Of a stretch of 64,000 nucleotides of DNA, positions 9,730-20,845 are shown piece by piece. The position numbers and the translations under genes were made by a program. The notes below the pieces were generated by a model. It did no database searches. It saw nothing but the letters and a program-made list of their open reading frames with translations, and was not told the DNA's origin. Position 1 is the first letter of the stretch, and each line of letters opens with the position of its first letter. Source of the DNA: Chloroflexota bacterium (GTDB taxonomy: Bacteria; Chloroflexota; UBA11872); contig OZ240251.1 in assembly GCA_965198285.1 (NCBI GenBank), positions 3,712,434 through 3,776,433 on the forward strand, read 5' to 3'.

Positions 9730-10537
9730 AGCCGTTCAGGGTAAGTAGCAGGATCAGCGCCAGCGCTCCCGCGCCCACCCGGTAGACCGCGAACGCCGCC
9801 AGACTTCGGCGTGCGACGAATCCCAGCAGCCAGCGCACTGCCGCCGCGCCCACCACCGCCGCGACCAGGGTTGCCCCGATCAACAGCGGGATGTCACCTG
9901 GCGGCTTGCCGCTGGCCGCCACTTCGACGAATTGCACCAAACCCGCGCCCGCGACCGCCGGCGCCAACAGGAACAGCGAGAATCTGGCCGCGGCTGCACG
10001 CTCCACGCCCAGACCCCGCGCCACCGTCATCGTGATTCCGGCTCGTGAAACGCCGGGAACCAGCGCCGCGATCTGCGCTAGGCCGACCGCCACCCAAATC
10101 AGTAGCGGTGTGGTCGTCAGGTCACGCCGGCTCGCGCCATATCGGTCCGCCGCCGCCAGCACGACGCCAAAGACGATCAGCAGTACGGCCGCCAGCACCG
10201 GGTCGCGCAACGTCGTCAGCCAGCCGCGCAGCGGCAGCGCGATCGCGCCGATCAGCAGCGTCGATCCCACCAGCGCCAGCAGCAGCCGGCGGGCCAGCGG
10301 CGCCGAGGGACCGATGCCTAGCGCCCCGCGCGCCAGCCACACCCAGTCGGACCAGAGCGCGATCACCAGCGCCAGCCCCGTCCCCAGGTGCAGCGCGACT
10401 GAAAGCGTCAGCCCTGTCAGGAAAGGGTCGGTCCAGCCCGCCAGCGCCGGAACCAGCAGCAGATGCCCCGAACTGCTGACCGGTAGGAACTCGGTCAGCG
10501 CCTGCACCGCCGCCAGCAGCACCACCTCGACCCACAT
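9728..10537 (-). CDS. uppP: Undecaprenyl-diphosphate phosphatase
   Basis: QALTEFLPVSSSGHL, HLGT, PGVSRAG, AARFSL. Confidence 0.95.
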   Translation of the reverse strand: MWVEVVLLAAVQALTEFLPVSSSGHLLLVPALAGWTDPFLTGLTLSVALHLGTGLALVIALWSDWVWLARGALGIGPSAPLARRLLLALVGSTLLIGAIALPLRGWLTTLRDPVLAAVLLIVFGVVLAAADRYGASRRDLTTTPLLIWVAVGLAQIAALVPGVSRAGITMTVARGLGVERAAAARFSLFLLAPAVAGAGLVQFVEVAASGKPPGDIPLLIGATLVAAVVGAAAVRWLLGFVARRSLAAFAVYRVGAGALALILLLTLNG

Positions 10538-10599
10538 GAGTCAGCCGCCCCGGCTCGGCGCCGGAGCGGCCCCCAGCGGGCGGCCCAAGGGCAACGTGC

Positions 10600-12780
10600 C
10601 TAGATGAACACCGGCGCGAGCACCAGGGTGATCGTGCTCAGCAGCTTGACGAGCACGTGCAGCGACGGACCCGCGGTGTCCTTGAACGGATCGCCCACGG
10701 TGTCGCCCACGACCGATGCGGCGTGTTCGTCCGTGCCCTTGCCGATCGGCTTGCCGTCCGCGTCGCGTAAGTGACCCGCCTCGATGAACTTCTTGGCGTT
10801 GTCCCAGGCGCCGCCGCCGTTGTTCATGACCGTCGCCAGCAGCACGCCCACGATGGTGCCAACCATCAGCAGCGCCGCCTCGGCCTCGGCGCGCAGCACC
10901 AGACCGACCACGATCGGCATTAGCACGGCCAGCAAACCGGGCGCGATCATTTCCCGCAGCGCCGAGCGTGTGCTGATATCCACCGCGTGGCTGTAGTTCG
11001 GCTCGACCGTGCCCGCCATGATTCCCGGCTCTTCCCGCCACTGCCGCCGTACCTCCTGGATCATCGCCTGGGCAGCGCGTCCAACCGCACGGATCGCCAG
11101 CGAACTGAACAGGAAGACAAGCATGCCGCCCAGCAGGGCGCCAATGAAGACCTCAACCTTGGAGAGGTCAACCTCTTCGAGGCCCGCGGTTTCCAGATAG
11201 GCGCTGAACAGCAGGAAGGCCGCCAGCGCCGCCGACCCGATGGCATAGCCCTTCGTCAGCGCCTTGGTCGTGTTGCCCACGGCGTCCAGGCCGTCGGTCA
11301 CGTCGCGCACGTCCTCGGGTGCCTCGGCCATCTCCGTGATCCCGCCTGCGTTGTCGGCGATTGGCCCAAAGGTGTCCATGGCCAGGATGTAGGCGGCGCT
11401 CATCAGCATGCCCATGGTGGCGACGGCTGTCCCAAATACTCCAGCCTGAAAGTCGCCGATCTCGACTCCCTGATCGGCGAAGGCCAGAATGCCGACCTGG
11501 AACGACGACCAGAGCGCCACGGAAATGACGATGACCGGCATCGCCGTGTTTTCGAACCCCACGGCCAGCCCGGAGATGATGTTGGTGGCCGGACCGGTGC
11601 GGGACGCCTCGGCAATCTCGCGGACGGGACGGTTGAACGCCGTGTAGTACTGCGTGATGTACACGAACGCCACGCTCGTGAGGATGCCGATGGAGCCTGC
11701 CAGGAAGAACCACCATGACCCCAGCATCACGATCGCGGAAATGGCCATTCCGACCGCGGCCAGCGCGGCCGTCGTCCAGTAGCCCACATCCAGCGCCCGT
11801 TGCGCGTTGCGCACGCGGTCCGGCCGGATCACCAGCAGTCCCACGATCGAAGCGAGCGCCCCGAACGACCGCACCACCAGCGGGAACAGAATCCAGGCGA
11901 TGTTGTCTCCGCCGGTCGCCTTGAAGACGGCCACACCCAGGATCATGGCCCCGATGCTTTCGGCGGCCGTGGATTCAAAGAGGTCGGCCCCACGACCGGC
12001 GCAGTCGCCCACGTTGTCGCCCACCAGGTCGGCGATCACCGCCGGATTGCGCGGATCGTCTTCGGGCAGGCCCGCTTCCAGTTTGCCTACGAGGTCGGCG
12101 CCGACGTCGGCGGCCTTTGTAAAGATGCCGCCGCCCAACTGCGCGAAAAGCGCCACGAAGCTGGCGCCGAACCCGAATCCGACAATCAGCTCGGGCGCAC
12201 GCTGCGGATTCTCAAACCCGCCAAACCCCCAAAACAGCGCGAAGACGCCCAGCAGGCTGAGCCCCACGATCAGGATTCCGGAGACGGCGCCGCCGCGCAG
12301 CGCAATCGTCAGTGCGTCACCCAGCGAGCGCGTCGCGGCGCTGGCCGTGCGCACGTTCGACCGCACGGCAATGATCATTCCAATCACGCCGGAAAGGCCG
12401 GATAGCACGGCGCCAACCAGGAATGAGACGCCAGTGCGCCAGGCGATATCGCCGGCCTCAATGCCCTTCTCCGCGTTCTCGCCGAAGAACAGCAACAGCA
12501 GCGCCAGGACTCCGGCAGCCACGATCGCCATCCAGGCGATCGTGCGGTACTGCCGCTGCAGAAACGCCGTCGCGCCGTCATAGATGCGGTCGCCGTTCAG
12601 CGACATCCGCCCATACAGCTCCGAGCGTCGCTCGGCGTCCAGCTGCTGCATGGCCGGGATGAGTTGCGAAGAATCCGCTGACCGATCAACCGGCTGCGTC
12701 AGAACATCGCGCGCGAGATAAATGACGACGATCACCGAAATGATGATCGCCGCGGGCACAAGCCAGACCAGACCTTCCAA
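10600..12780 (-). CDS. hppA: Membrane-bound proton-translocating pyrophosphatase, K+-independent type
   Basis: GGGIFTKAADVGADLVGK, EDDPRNPAVIADLVGDNVGD, GNTTKA, GGAWDNAKK, GDTVGDPFKDTAGP. Confidence 0.96.
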   Translation of the reverse strand: MEGLVWLVPAAIIISVIVVIYLARDVLTQPVDRSADSSQLIPAMQQLDAERRSELYGRMSLNGDRIYDGATAFLQRQYRTIAWMAIVAAGVLALLLLFFGENAEKGIEAGDIAWRTGVSFLVGAVLSGLSGVIGMIIAVRSNVRTASAATRSLGDALTIALRGGAVSGILIVGLSLLGVFALFWGFGGFENPQRAPELIVGFGFGASFVALFAQLGGGIFTKAADVGADLVGKLEAGLPEDDPRNPAVIADLVGDNVGDCAGRGADLFESTAAESIGAMILGVAVFKATGGDNIAWILFPLVVRSFGALASIVGLLVIRPDRVRNAQRALDVGYWTTAALAAVGMAISAIVMLGSWWFFLAGSIGILTSVAFVYITQYYTAFNRPVREIAEASRTGPATNIISGLAVGFENTAMPVIVISVALWSSFQVGILAFADQGVEIGDFQAGVFGTAVATMGMLMSAAYILAMDTFGPIADNAGGITEMAEAPEDVRDVTDGLDAVGNTTKALTKGYAIGSAALAAFLLFSAYLETAGLEEVDLSKVEVFIGALLGGMLVFLFSSLAIRAVGRAAQAMIQEVRRQWREEPGIMAGTVEPNYSHAVDISTRSALREMIAPGLLAVLMPIVVGLVLRAEAEAALLMVGTIVGVLLATVMNNGGGAWDNAKKFIEAGHLRDADGKPIGKGTDEHAASVVGDTVGDPFKDTAGPSLHVLVKLLSTITLVLAPVFI

Positions 12781-12859
12781 CTACGAATCCTTCCTGTGGA
12801 CCATGCGTAGCGATGGCTGGGTGCATGGTGACGCGACAGAGAACGACTGATACATCAGC

Positions 12860-13933
12860 TCAACCTTCTCCGGCGAGAACCGGGCCTGCCGCCAGAATCT
12901 CCCCGAGCGCTTCCAGCAGCGTGACCATGTCGGCGTCCGATCCGATCGAGACGCGCAGCGCGTTGGCATGCCGTGGCTCCTCCGGGAAGCGGCGGACGAG
13001 AATTCGACGGTTGGCGAGGTCACGCTGAAGCGCACCCGCATCGTGCGGTGCGCACTCAACGAACACAAAATTCGCTTCGGATGGATAAACCTGGAGATCA
13101 AAGCGTCCGCGGAGCTCCTCCGCAAATGCGTCCCGCCGGACGCGAGTTGCCTCCCAGTGCGCCTCCGCCCACGCGATTTCGTCGCAGGCGGCCACTCCGG
13201 CCACCTGCGCAAGCCGGCTGACATTGTACGAATCCTTCACGCGGTGCAGAACGTCAATGAACTCCGGATCGCCCACCGCGTAGCCCAGCCGCAGCCCGGC
13301 CAGGCCGAACGCCTTTGAAAACGACCGCGTCACGCACACGTTCGGCAGCGTGCGCGCCAGGTCCATTCGGTCGCTTGACGCGAACTCCACGTAGGCCTCA
13401 TCGATCACCAGCAGGTTCGTGCGCTCGGCCAGCCAGCGCAGCTCGTCGACCCCGTAATGCGTCCCGGCCGGATTGTTGGGACTGGCCACAAAGGTCACCG
13501 CGCCGCGCGCCGCGGCCAGCTGCCGCACCGGCAACTCGAACCCTGGACCCAGCGGACAGTGCACCATCCGCGCGCCCTGGATCTCGGTCAGCACCGGATA
13601 CAGCGAATAGCTTGGATTCGGCGCGACCACCCGCGCCCCGGGACCGCACACGGCGCGAATGATCAGGTTGAGCACGTCGTCCGACCCGTTGCCCACGATG
13701 ACGTGCTCGGGTGAAACATCGTGACGCGCTGCCAGCCGTTCCCTGAGGTCCTGACTGGTCGGATTCGGGTACAGCCGCACCTCGTCCGTAACGGCCGCCC
13801 GCAGCCGCGCCAGCACGCCTGGGGCCACCGCCGGACTCTCATTCGTGTTGAGCTTGATCCAGCCGGACCCGCTTGGCTGGTGACCGGGCGTGTAGCCGTG
13901 CAGCGCGGCGATCTCAGGTCGAATGTGCACCAT
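12860..13933 (-). CDS. hisC: Histidinol-phosphate aminotransferase
   Basis: KLNTNES, GNGSDD, SPNNPAG, IDEAYVEF, RSFSKAFGLAGLRLGY. Confidence 0.92.
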   Translation of the reverse strand: MVHIRPEIAALHGYTPGHQPSGSGWIKLNTNESPAVAPGVLARLRAAVTDEVRLYPNPTSQDLRERLAARHDVSPEHVIVGNGSDDVLNLIIRAVCGPGARVVAPNPSYSLYPVLTEIQGARMVHCPLGPGFELPVRQLAAARGAVTFVASPNNPAGTHYGVDELRWLAERTNLLVIDEAYVEFASSDRMDLARTLPNVCVTRSFSKAFGLAGLRLGYAVGDPEFIDVLHRVKDSYNVSRLAQVAGVAACDEIAWAEAHWEATRVRRDAFAEELRGRFDLQVYPSEANFVFVECAPHDAGALQRDLANRRILVRRFPEEPRHANALRVSIGSDADMVTLLEALGEILAAGPVLAGEG

Positions 13934-14296
13934 CAGGGGGGTTGGGGGACCGTCGCGCGCAACGCGGGCGTTCGGGAGCGCATGCTACCTACTACGCACG
14001 CTCTCCGCCCGCATGGTGGGTCACGCTGGTCCTGTCATCCCCACGTTCCCCGCGCTGCCGTTACTGATGAGCCCGTCTCAGAAGCCCACAAAATCCGTTC
14101 GCGGTGAGCTTGCCAAACCACGAATGGCTCATTTGGCTAGCGCAGAGCGAGAAGGTCCTCTGCAGGGCCGCAAGTGCTGCAATCGGCGCATTGATGCATT
14201 CGGCCGGTCCCGTGTCACACGCGCGGCAAGACAGACGCACACCCCGAAGTCAATGGCTTCCGTCGCGAATGAGACACAACGCAAAAAGCGCCAACA

Positions 14297-14326
14297 TTGC
14301 CGTCGGCACTCCCGCATCCCTACAAT
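14297..14326 (+). promoter_or_regulatory. Putative sigma70 promoter TTGCCG-N18-TACAAT
   Basis: Near-consensus -35/-10 pair 35 nt upstream of ATG 14362. Confidence 0.55.
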
Positions 14327-14361
14327 CCGCCGCCAGCAAAGTCTCCCAAGCACAACTCCAG

Positions 14362-15630
14362 ATGCCCGTGACTGAGCGCCCAAACAGAGACGCATTGGAT
14401 AAAGCGCTGGACATCTACCGCGACGCCATGCGGCCATTCATTGCCCAAACCTTGGATCGGGTTCCGGGCCGGCAAGCCGAGGATCTGATTGCCAAAGCAC
14501 TGGACGACGACCAGGCCAACGGCTTTCGGCAAACGCTGCGCGAGCGCAAGGGCAACCTCAGAGCATCCATTAATGCCGGCGATTTTCCTCAGATCATCGG
14601 TTACAACTGGCACGGTGTGTTCAGCCAGGAACTCCCCGCGAACCTCGATGTCCAGAGCAAGACGGGGATCATCAAAGAGGCGTACGAAAAGGTTAGACAT
14701 GCGGACCCGCAGGACTTGGAGACCGAACGCACCTGCGTTTATTTATTTCACATAGCCGAGGTGCTCGATCTGATTGGCAGGTCGGAAGAGAAACGCGAAG
14801 TCGAAAGTGTCAAGGACCAAGTGCTTGCCGCCTCTGCCTCCCGCGAAGGTACCGGCGAGAGACCGGCCAATCCGGTAGTCGCGAAGGTACGACCAATCTT
14901 CCAGGTGGTGGGCGATCTCAAAGAGTTTCCGCGTCGAGTCAAGTTTGCCCTTGGCATGTGGACGTCCAAGCTATCCAGCATCTTCAGGCGCCCCCGGGAG
15001 TCCGCTCTTCCAAAGACTCCGACGTCGCCCGCTCCCCAGCCGCCACCCACTGTCCCAACGCCACCGAAGGGCACCGGAATACCAAAACCCGAGACGACAA
15101 GTGGTCCGGCCACCCGGGACAGGACCGCGCTGATCACGCTCTATAGGGCCACAAACGGCCCCCGCTGGGGGAGTCACCACAAGTGGGCGAGCGAGGCTCC
15201 ACTGAAGGAGTGGTATGGCGTCGATACGGATGATAGTGGCAGGGTCACGAAACTGGACCTTGCGGGAAACCGATTGAGAGGGCGAATCCCGTCCGAGCTA
15301 GGTCGCCTCGCTAACCTGAAGTGGCTAGACCTCTCACGTAACAATATAGGCGGCAATCTTCCTCATGCTCTAGGCGGACTTAAAGAACTGCAACGTCTGA
15401 GGCTCTCAGGTAACGCCAAGTTGACTGGGTGTATACCTCAGGCTTTAGAAGAAGTACCGAACAATGACTTGGCTGAAATTGGTCTGCCGTTCTGCCAATC
15501 CCAAGACCATCTTACTAACCACAACGAGACCTACGCACCGACTCCCGATGTCATATCGCCTCCTCCTGGACCAATGGAGAAATACGGTACGGAACCACGG
15601 CGTCCACGCAAGCACAGAATGCTCCGATAA
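14362..15630 (+). CDS. Swt1-like HEPN domain + Pro-rich linker + leucine-rich-repeat protein
   Basis: The N-terminus (ALDIYRDAMRPFI...DFPQIIGYNWHGVF...YEKVRH) resembles Swt1-like HEPN. The C-terminus (DRTALITLYRATNGPRW...WYGV...GRVTKLDLAGNRLRGRIPSELGRLANLKWLDLSRN) is an LRR N-cap plus plant-type LRRs. AT content is visibly higher than in the flanks. Confidence 0.75.
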   Translation: MPVTERPNRDALDKALDIYRDAMRPFIAQTLDRVPGRQAEDLIAKALDDDQANGFRQTLRERKGNLRASINAGDFPQIIGYNWHGVFSQELPANLDVQSKTGIIKEAYEKVRHADPQDLETERTCVYLFHIAEVLDLIGRSEEKREVESVKDQVLAASASREGTGERPANPVVAKVRPIFQVVGDLKEFPRRVKFALGMWTSKLSSIFRRPRESALPKTPTSPAPQPPPTVPTPPKGTGIPKPETTSGPATRDRTALITLYRATNGPRWGSHHKWASEAPLKEWYGVDTDDSGRVTKLDLAGNRLRGRIPSELGRLANLKWLDLSRNNIGGNLPHALGGLKELQRLRLSGNAKLTGCIPQALEEVPNNDLAEIGLPFCQSQDHLTNHNETYAPTPDVISPPPGPMEKYGTEPRRPRKHRMLR

Positions 15631-15758
15631 TAAATCGTCGCTCCTCTAAGCAAGCAATCCTTTGGCCCTCCTGCTGACGAACTTGGCGGACCGCACCGCC
15701 GGCCTCGGGTGGCGGGTCGCCAAGCCGCCCAGGGACAGCGACAGAACCTGCGGCGGCG

Positions 15759-16319
15759 TTATCCGTCCCAGCCAAGGTCGGGAAACGCCGCCCGCGCCCG
15801 GGTGTAAGTCGCCAGCGAACCGAGGTCACGAATGGCGCCGTCGGCAATCAGCCCAGGCAAGCCCGCCAGCGGAGTCAACACGACCTCGATCTGTTCCGTT
15901 TCCTCAGGCTCCGGCTCGCAGACCTGTTCGGCCTCCAGCACGACAAACACGTGCGCCAGATTGCGGTTGCGCGACGGGCCCGTCAGCAGCGACCCCGCGG
16001 CAAGCACACGCCCGGCATAGCCCGTCTCTTCCCGCAGTTCCCGCACAGCCGCCGTCTTGGGAGTTTCGCCTTCGTCCACCAGGCCCGCGGGGAACTCCAG
16101 CACCACGTCACGCGCCCCGTGCTTGTACTGTCGCACCAGCGGGACCTCGCGAGCGGGCGTGACGGCGACCATCAGGCAGAAATCGTTCTGGTCCAGCACG
16201 TGGTATTGCGCAATCTCGTAGCCGCTCGGCAGGCGCACGTGCTCCACTGTGTGGGTCAGCCAGCGGTCGCTGTACACCGTCTCCGACCCCAGAATCTCCC
16301 AGGGCTGCAGATCACGCAT
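15759..16319 (-). CDS. NUDIX hydrolase (ADP-ribose pyrophosphatase-like)
   Basis: Nudix box AGLVDEGETPKTAAVRELREETGY; LVRQYK. Confidence 0.92.
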   Translation of the reverse strand: MRDLQPWEILGSETVYSDRWLTHTVEHVRLPSGYEIAQYHVLDQNDFCLMVAVTPAREVPLVRQYKHGARDVVLEFPAGLVDEGETPKTAAVRELREETGYAGRVLAAGSLLTGPSRNRNLAHVFVVLEAEQVCEPEPEETEQIEVVLTPLAGLPGLIADGAIRDLGSLATYTRARAAFPDLGWDG

Positions 16320-16453
16320 GGCGGCCAACGCGCGGACGTCCCGGCGGTCGACGAGCGTTCGCCGCCCTCTTCTCGCGTATGCAGTTGAGCGAAGCGCGGG
16401 CGACGTTAGAGGATGGGGCCACTGCCGCCCTGCCCCGCTTGAGGACTAGCTCC

Positions 16454-17521
16454 GTGACCGATCCCCGCGTGGAAGCGCTTGCCGACATCCTAGTGCAGCA
16501 CTCGACCGAGGTCGGTCCCGGCGACCTGGTGCTGATCGATGGCACCGCCAACGCCCGTCCGCTGCTGATGGCCTGCTACCAGCGCGTGCTGGCGGCGGGC
16601 GGACACCCGCGGCTCAACGTGGGCTTCGAGGAGGCCCAGGAAATCCTGCTGGCTGAAGGCAGCGACGAGCAGCTCGAGTTCCTCGACCCGATCGCCAAGT
16701 TCCAGGCCGACTCGATTCAGGCGGCCATCCGAATCCGCGCCGCCGAGAACACTCGCGCCCTCGCCAGCGTCGACCCCGCCCGCTTGGCCAAGACCATGAT
16801 CGCGCGGCGTCCCGTCATGGACCAGATCATCGAGAACGTTCGCTGGGTCCTGTGCGACTACCCCACGCAGGCGTTGGCCCAAGAGGCCGAAATGTCGCTC
16901 AGCGAGTACGCCGACTTCCTGTACGGCGCAACCAACATCGACTGGTCGGAAATGACCGTGCGGCTGGCCTCGCTGAAAGTTCGGCTCGAGAGCGGCTCGG
17001 AAATCCGCATCGTCGGCCCCGACACCGACATCACCCTCCGCACGGCCGGCCGCATCTGGGAGCCGGCCGACGGCAAAAAGAACATGCCCGACGGCGAAAT
17101 CTTCACGGCCCCGATCGAGGACAGCGTCAACGGCCGCATCACCTACGACTTCCCCGCCATCTACCAGGGCCGCCAGGTAGACGGCATCACCCTCACCTTC
17201 AAGGATGGGCTGATCGTGGAAGCCACCGCCGAGCGTGGCGGCGACTTCCTCAACGCGATTCTCGACACCGACCCAGGCGCGCGACGGCTGGGCGAGATTG
17301 GGATCGGAACCAACGACGGCATCAAGCGCCACACCAAGAACATCCTCTTCGACGAGAAAATGGGCGGCACGGTCCACCTGGCCGTCGGCCGTTCCTACGA
17401 GTTCACCGGCGGCAAGAATCAGTCCGCCGTCCACTGGGACATGGTCAAGGATCTGCGCACCGACGCCGCGCTCTACCTTGACGGCAGCCTGCTCCAGGAA
17501 AACGGTGTCTTCATCGAATAG
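16454..17521 (+). CDS. M29-family aminopeptidase (AmpS/PepS-like)
   Basis: NMPDGEIFTAP, LGEIGIG, LFDEKMGGTVHLAVGRSY, SAVHWDMV; SD GAGGA before GTG 16454. Confidence 0.93.
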   Translation: MTDPRVEALADILVQHSTEVGPGDLVLIDGTANARPLLMACYQRVLAAGGHPRLNVGFEEAQEILLAEGSDEQLEFLDPIAKFQADSIQAAIRIRAAENTRALASVDPARLAKTMIARRPVMDQIIENVRWVLCDYPTQALAQEAEMSLSEYADFLYGATNIDWSEMTVRLASLKVRLESGSEIRIVGPDTDITLRTAGRIWEPADGKKNMPDGEIFTAPIEDSVNGRITYDFPAIYQGRQVDGITLTFKDGLIVEATAERGGDFLNAILDTDPGARRLGEIGIGTNDGIKRHTKNILFDEKMGGTVHLAVGRSYEFTGGKNQSAVHWDMVKDLRTDAALYLDGSLLQENGVFIE

Positions 17522-17628
17522 TCTGATCGCTCTTTTGTAGCTTCATACAGCGCGACAACGTTCGGGGATACGGCTCCGGCGCACCGAGGCTACGCCCGGA
17601 AACCGTCGCGGTGTGGTACCATGAATTC

Positions 17629-17754
17629 GTCGGACAAACGATCTGATCCCGGACGGAAGTGAGTGGAGGCGGTTCGGGCATCAACGGAAAGAACCTATCC
17701 GGAACCGCCGCCCCGCCGCACATGTCCGCGCAGTGATCGACAGGCCTTACCGGC
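17629..17754 (+). ncRNA. Candidate structured small RNA (rod-like, possibly 6S-like)
   Basis: Extended -10 TGgTACCAT at 17614-17622. Nested inverted repeats: GTCGG/CCGGC, CGATC/GATCG, CGGAC/GTCCG, GGCGGTTC/GAACCGCC. No credible ORF here. Confidence 0.4.
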
Positions 17755-17794
17755 TCGCCGATCCCGCGAGTATCAGGCGTACCCGTCCCGCTGA

Positions 17795-19765
<1,971 letters not shown>

Positions 19766-19775
19766 CGATCCCCGC

Positions 19776-20792
19776 ATGACCGCCGCTGCCGAACGACCGG
19801 CGATTGCGCTGGATGTCATGGGCGGCGACCGGGCGCCCGACGCCACCATTGAAGGTGCCATCCGCTGGGCCAGGTCAACCGGCCAGCGCGCCATCCTGGT
19901 CGGCGATCTCGATGTCATGCGCGGCCTGCTGACAAGCGGGGGTGAGAACCCAGCCGCTTGGCGCCTGGAGTCCGGCCCAAAGACCATCGAGATGGGGGCG
20001 CACCCCGTGCAGGCCGTGCGCTCGACGCCCGACGCTTCGATCCGCCGCTGCGCCGATCTGGTCCGCTCGCGCGAGGCCCAGGCCCTGGTGTCCATGGGCA
20101 ACACCGGCGCGACCATGGCGGCCGGCGTGCTGGTGGTGGGCCGAGCCAAGGGGGTGGACCGACCCGGACTGGCGGTCCTGATTCCAGGTCGCGAGGCGCC
20201 AACGCTCCTGATCGACGCGGGGGCCAACGCCGAGGCCCGGCCCGAACATCTGCGCGACTTCGGCCTGATGGGCGCGGTCTACTTGCGCCAAGTGCACGGG
20301 ACACCGAAGCCTTGCGCTGGCGTCCTGAGCATCGGTGAGGAAGCCACCAAGGGCAGCCCGCTCGCCCTCGCGGCCGCGGAACTCCTGGCCGACGCGCCGC
20401 TCGACTTCGCTGGCAACGTCGAGCCGGCCGGCCTGTTCGATAGCACGGTGGACCTCGTGGTCTGTGACGGGTTCACCGGCAACCTCGTCCTGAAAACCAT
20501 GGAGGCCACCGCCGAGTTCGCGGTCGGCGAACTCCGCACCGCTGTCCGCCGCCGGCCCTACACCCTGCCCGGCCTCGCCTTCATGTATCCCGCGTTTCGC
20601 GCGGTCCGCCGCCGCACCGACTACGCGCAGTACGGCGGCACGCCACTGCTGGGGGTGGATGGCGTGGTCATCATCGGGCACGGCCGCTCGCATGCCGTTG
20701 CCGTCGAAAACGCCCTCAATGCCGCGGCCCGCGACGTCGAATCCCGCGTGGTTGAGCGCGTCTCCGACGGTCTGGCATCGATCGACCGGTAG
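19776..20792 (+). CDS. plsX: Phosphate acyltransferase
   Basis: IALDVMGGD, SMGNTGA, DAGANAE, IGEEATKG, CDGFTGNLVLK, GGTPLLGV, GHGRS. Confidence 0.95.
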   Translation: MTAAAERPAIALDVMGGDRAPDATIEGAIRWARSTGQRAILVGDLDVMRGLLTSGGENPAAWRLESGPKTIEMGAHPVQAVRSTPDASIRRCADLVRSREAQALVSMGNTGATMAAGVLVVGRAKGVDRPGLAVLIPGREAPTLLIDAGANAEARPEHLRDFGLMGAVYLRQVHGTPKPCAGVLSIGEEATKGSPLALAAAELLADAPLDFAGNVEPAGLFDSTVDLVVCDGFTGNLVLKTMEATAEFAVGELRTAVRRRPYTLPGLAFMYPAFRAVRRRTDYAQYGGTPLLGVDGVVIIGHGRSHAVAVENALNAAARDVESRVVERVSDGLASIDR

Positions 20793-20845
20793 CACGACGG
20801 CAGCCGTTGGCGGCAACACCGCACACGTCGGAGACAGCCCCACCC

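Noticed and set aside
9668-9730. ARG box before argC
   Set aside because: No TGAAT-N4-ATTCA-like palindrome visible
7835-9748. 637-aa + strand ORF
   Set aside because: Antisense shadow of argJ/argC; low-complexity Arg/His/Gly-rich with no motifs, as expected in high-GC DNA
14104-14361. Longer N-terminus for the HEPN-LRR protein given by the ORF track
   Set aside because: A good promoter lies inside it (14297-14326), and recognisable domain sequence begins after 14362
15682-15724. Hairpin CTTGGCG...CGCCAAG as a possible small RNA
   Set aside because: More simply explained as a terminator-like structure between convergent genes
17629-17754. SRP (4.5S) RNA or tRNA
   Set aside because: No CAGG...GGAA...AGCAG helix-8 signature and no cloverleaf or TTCGA/CCA pattern
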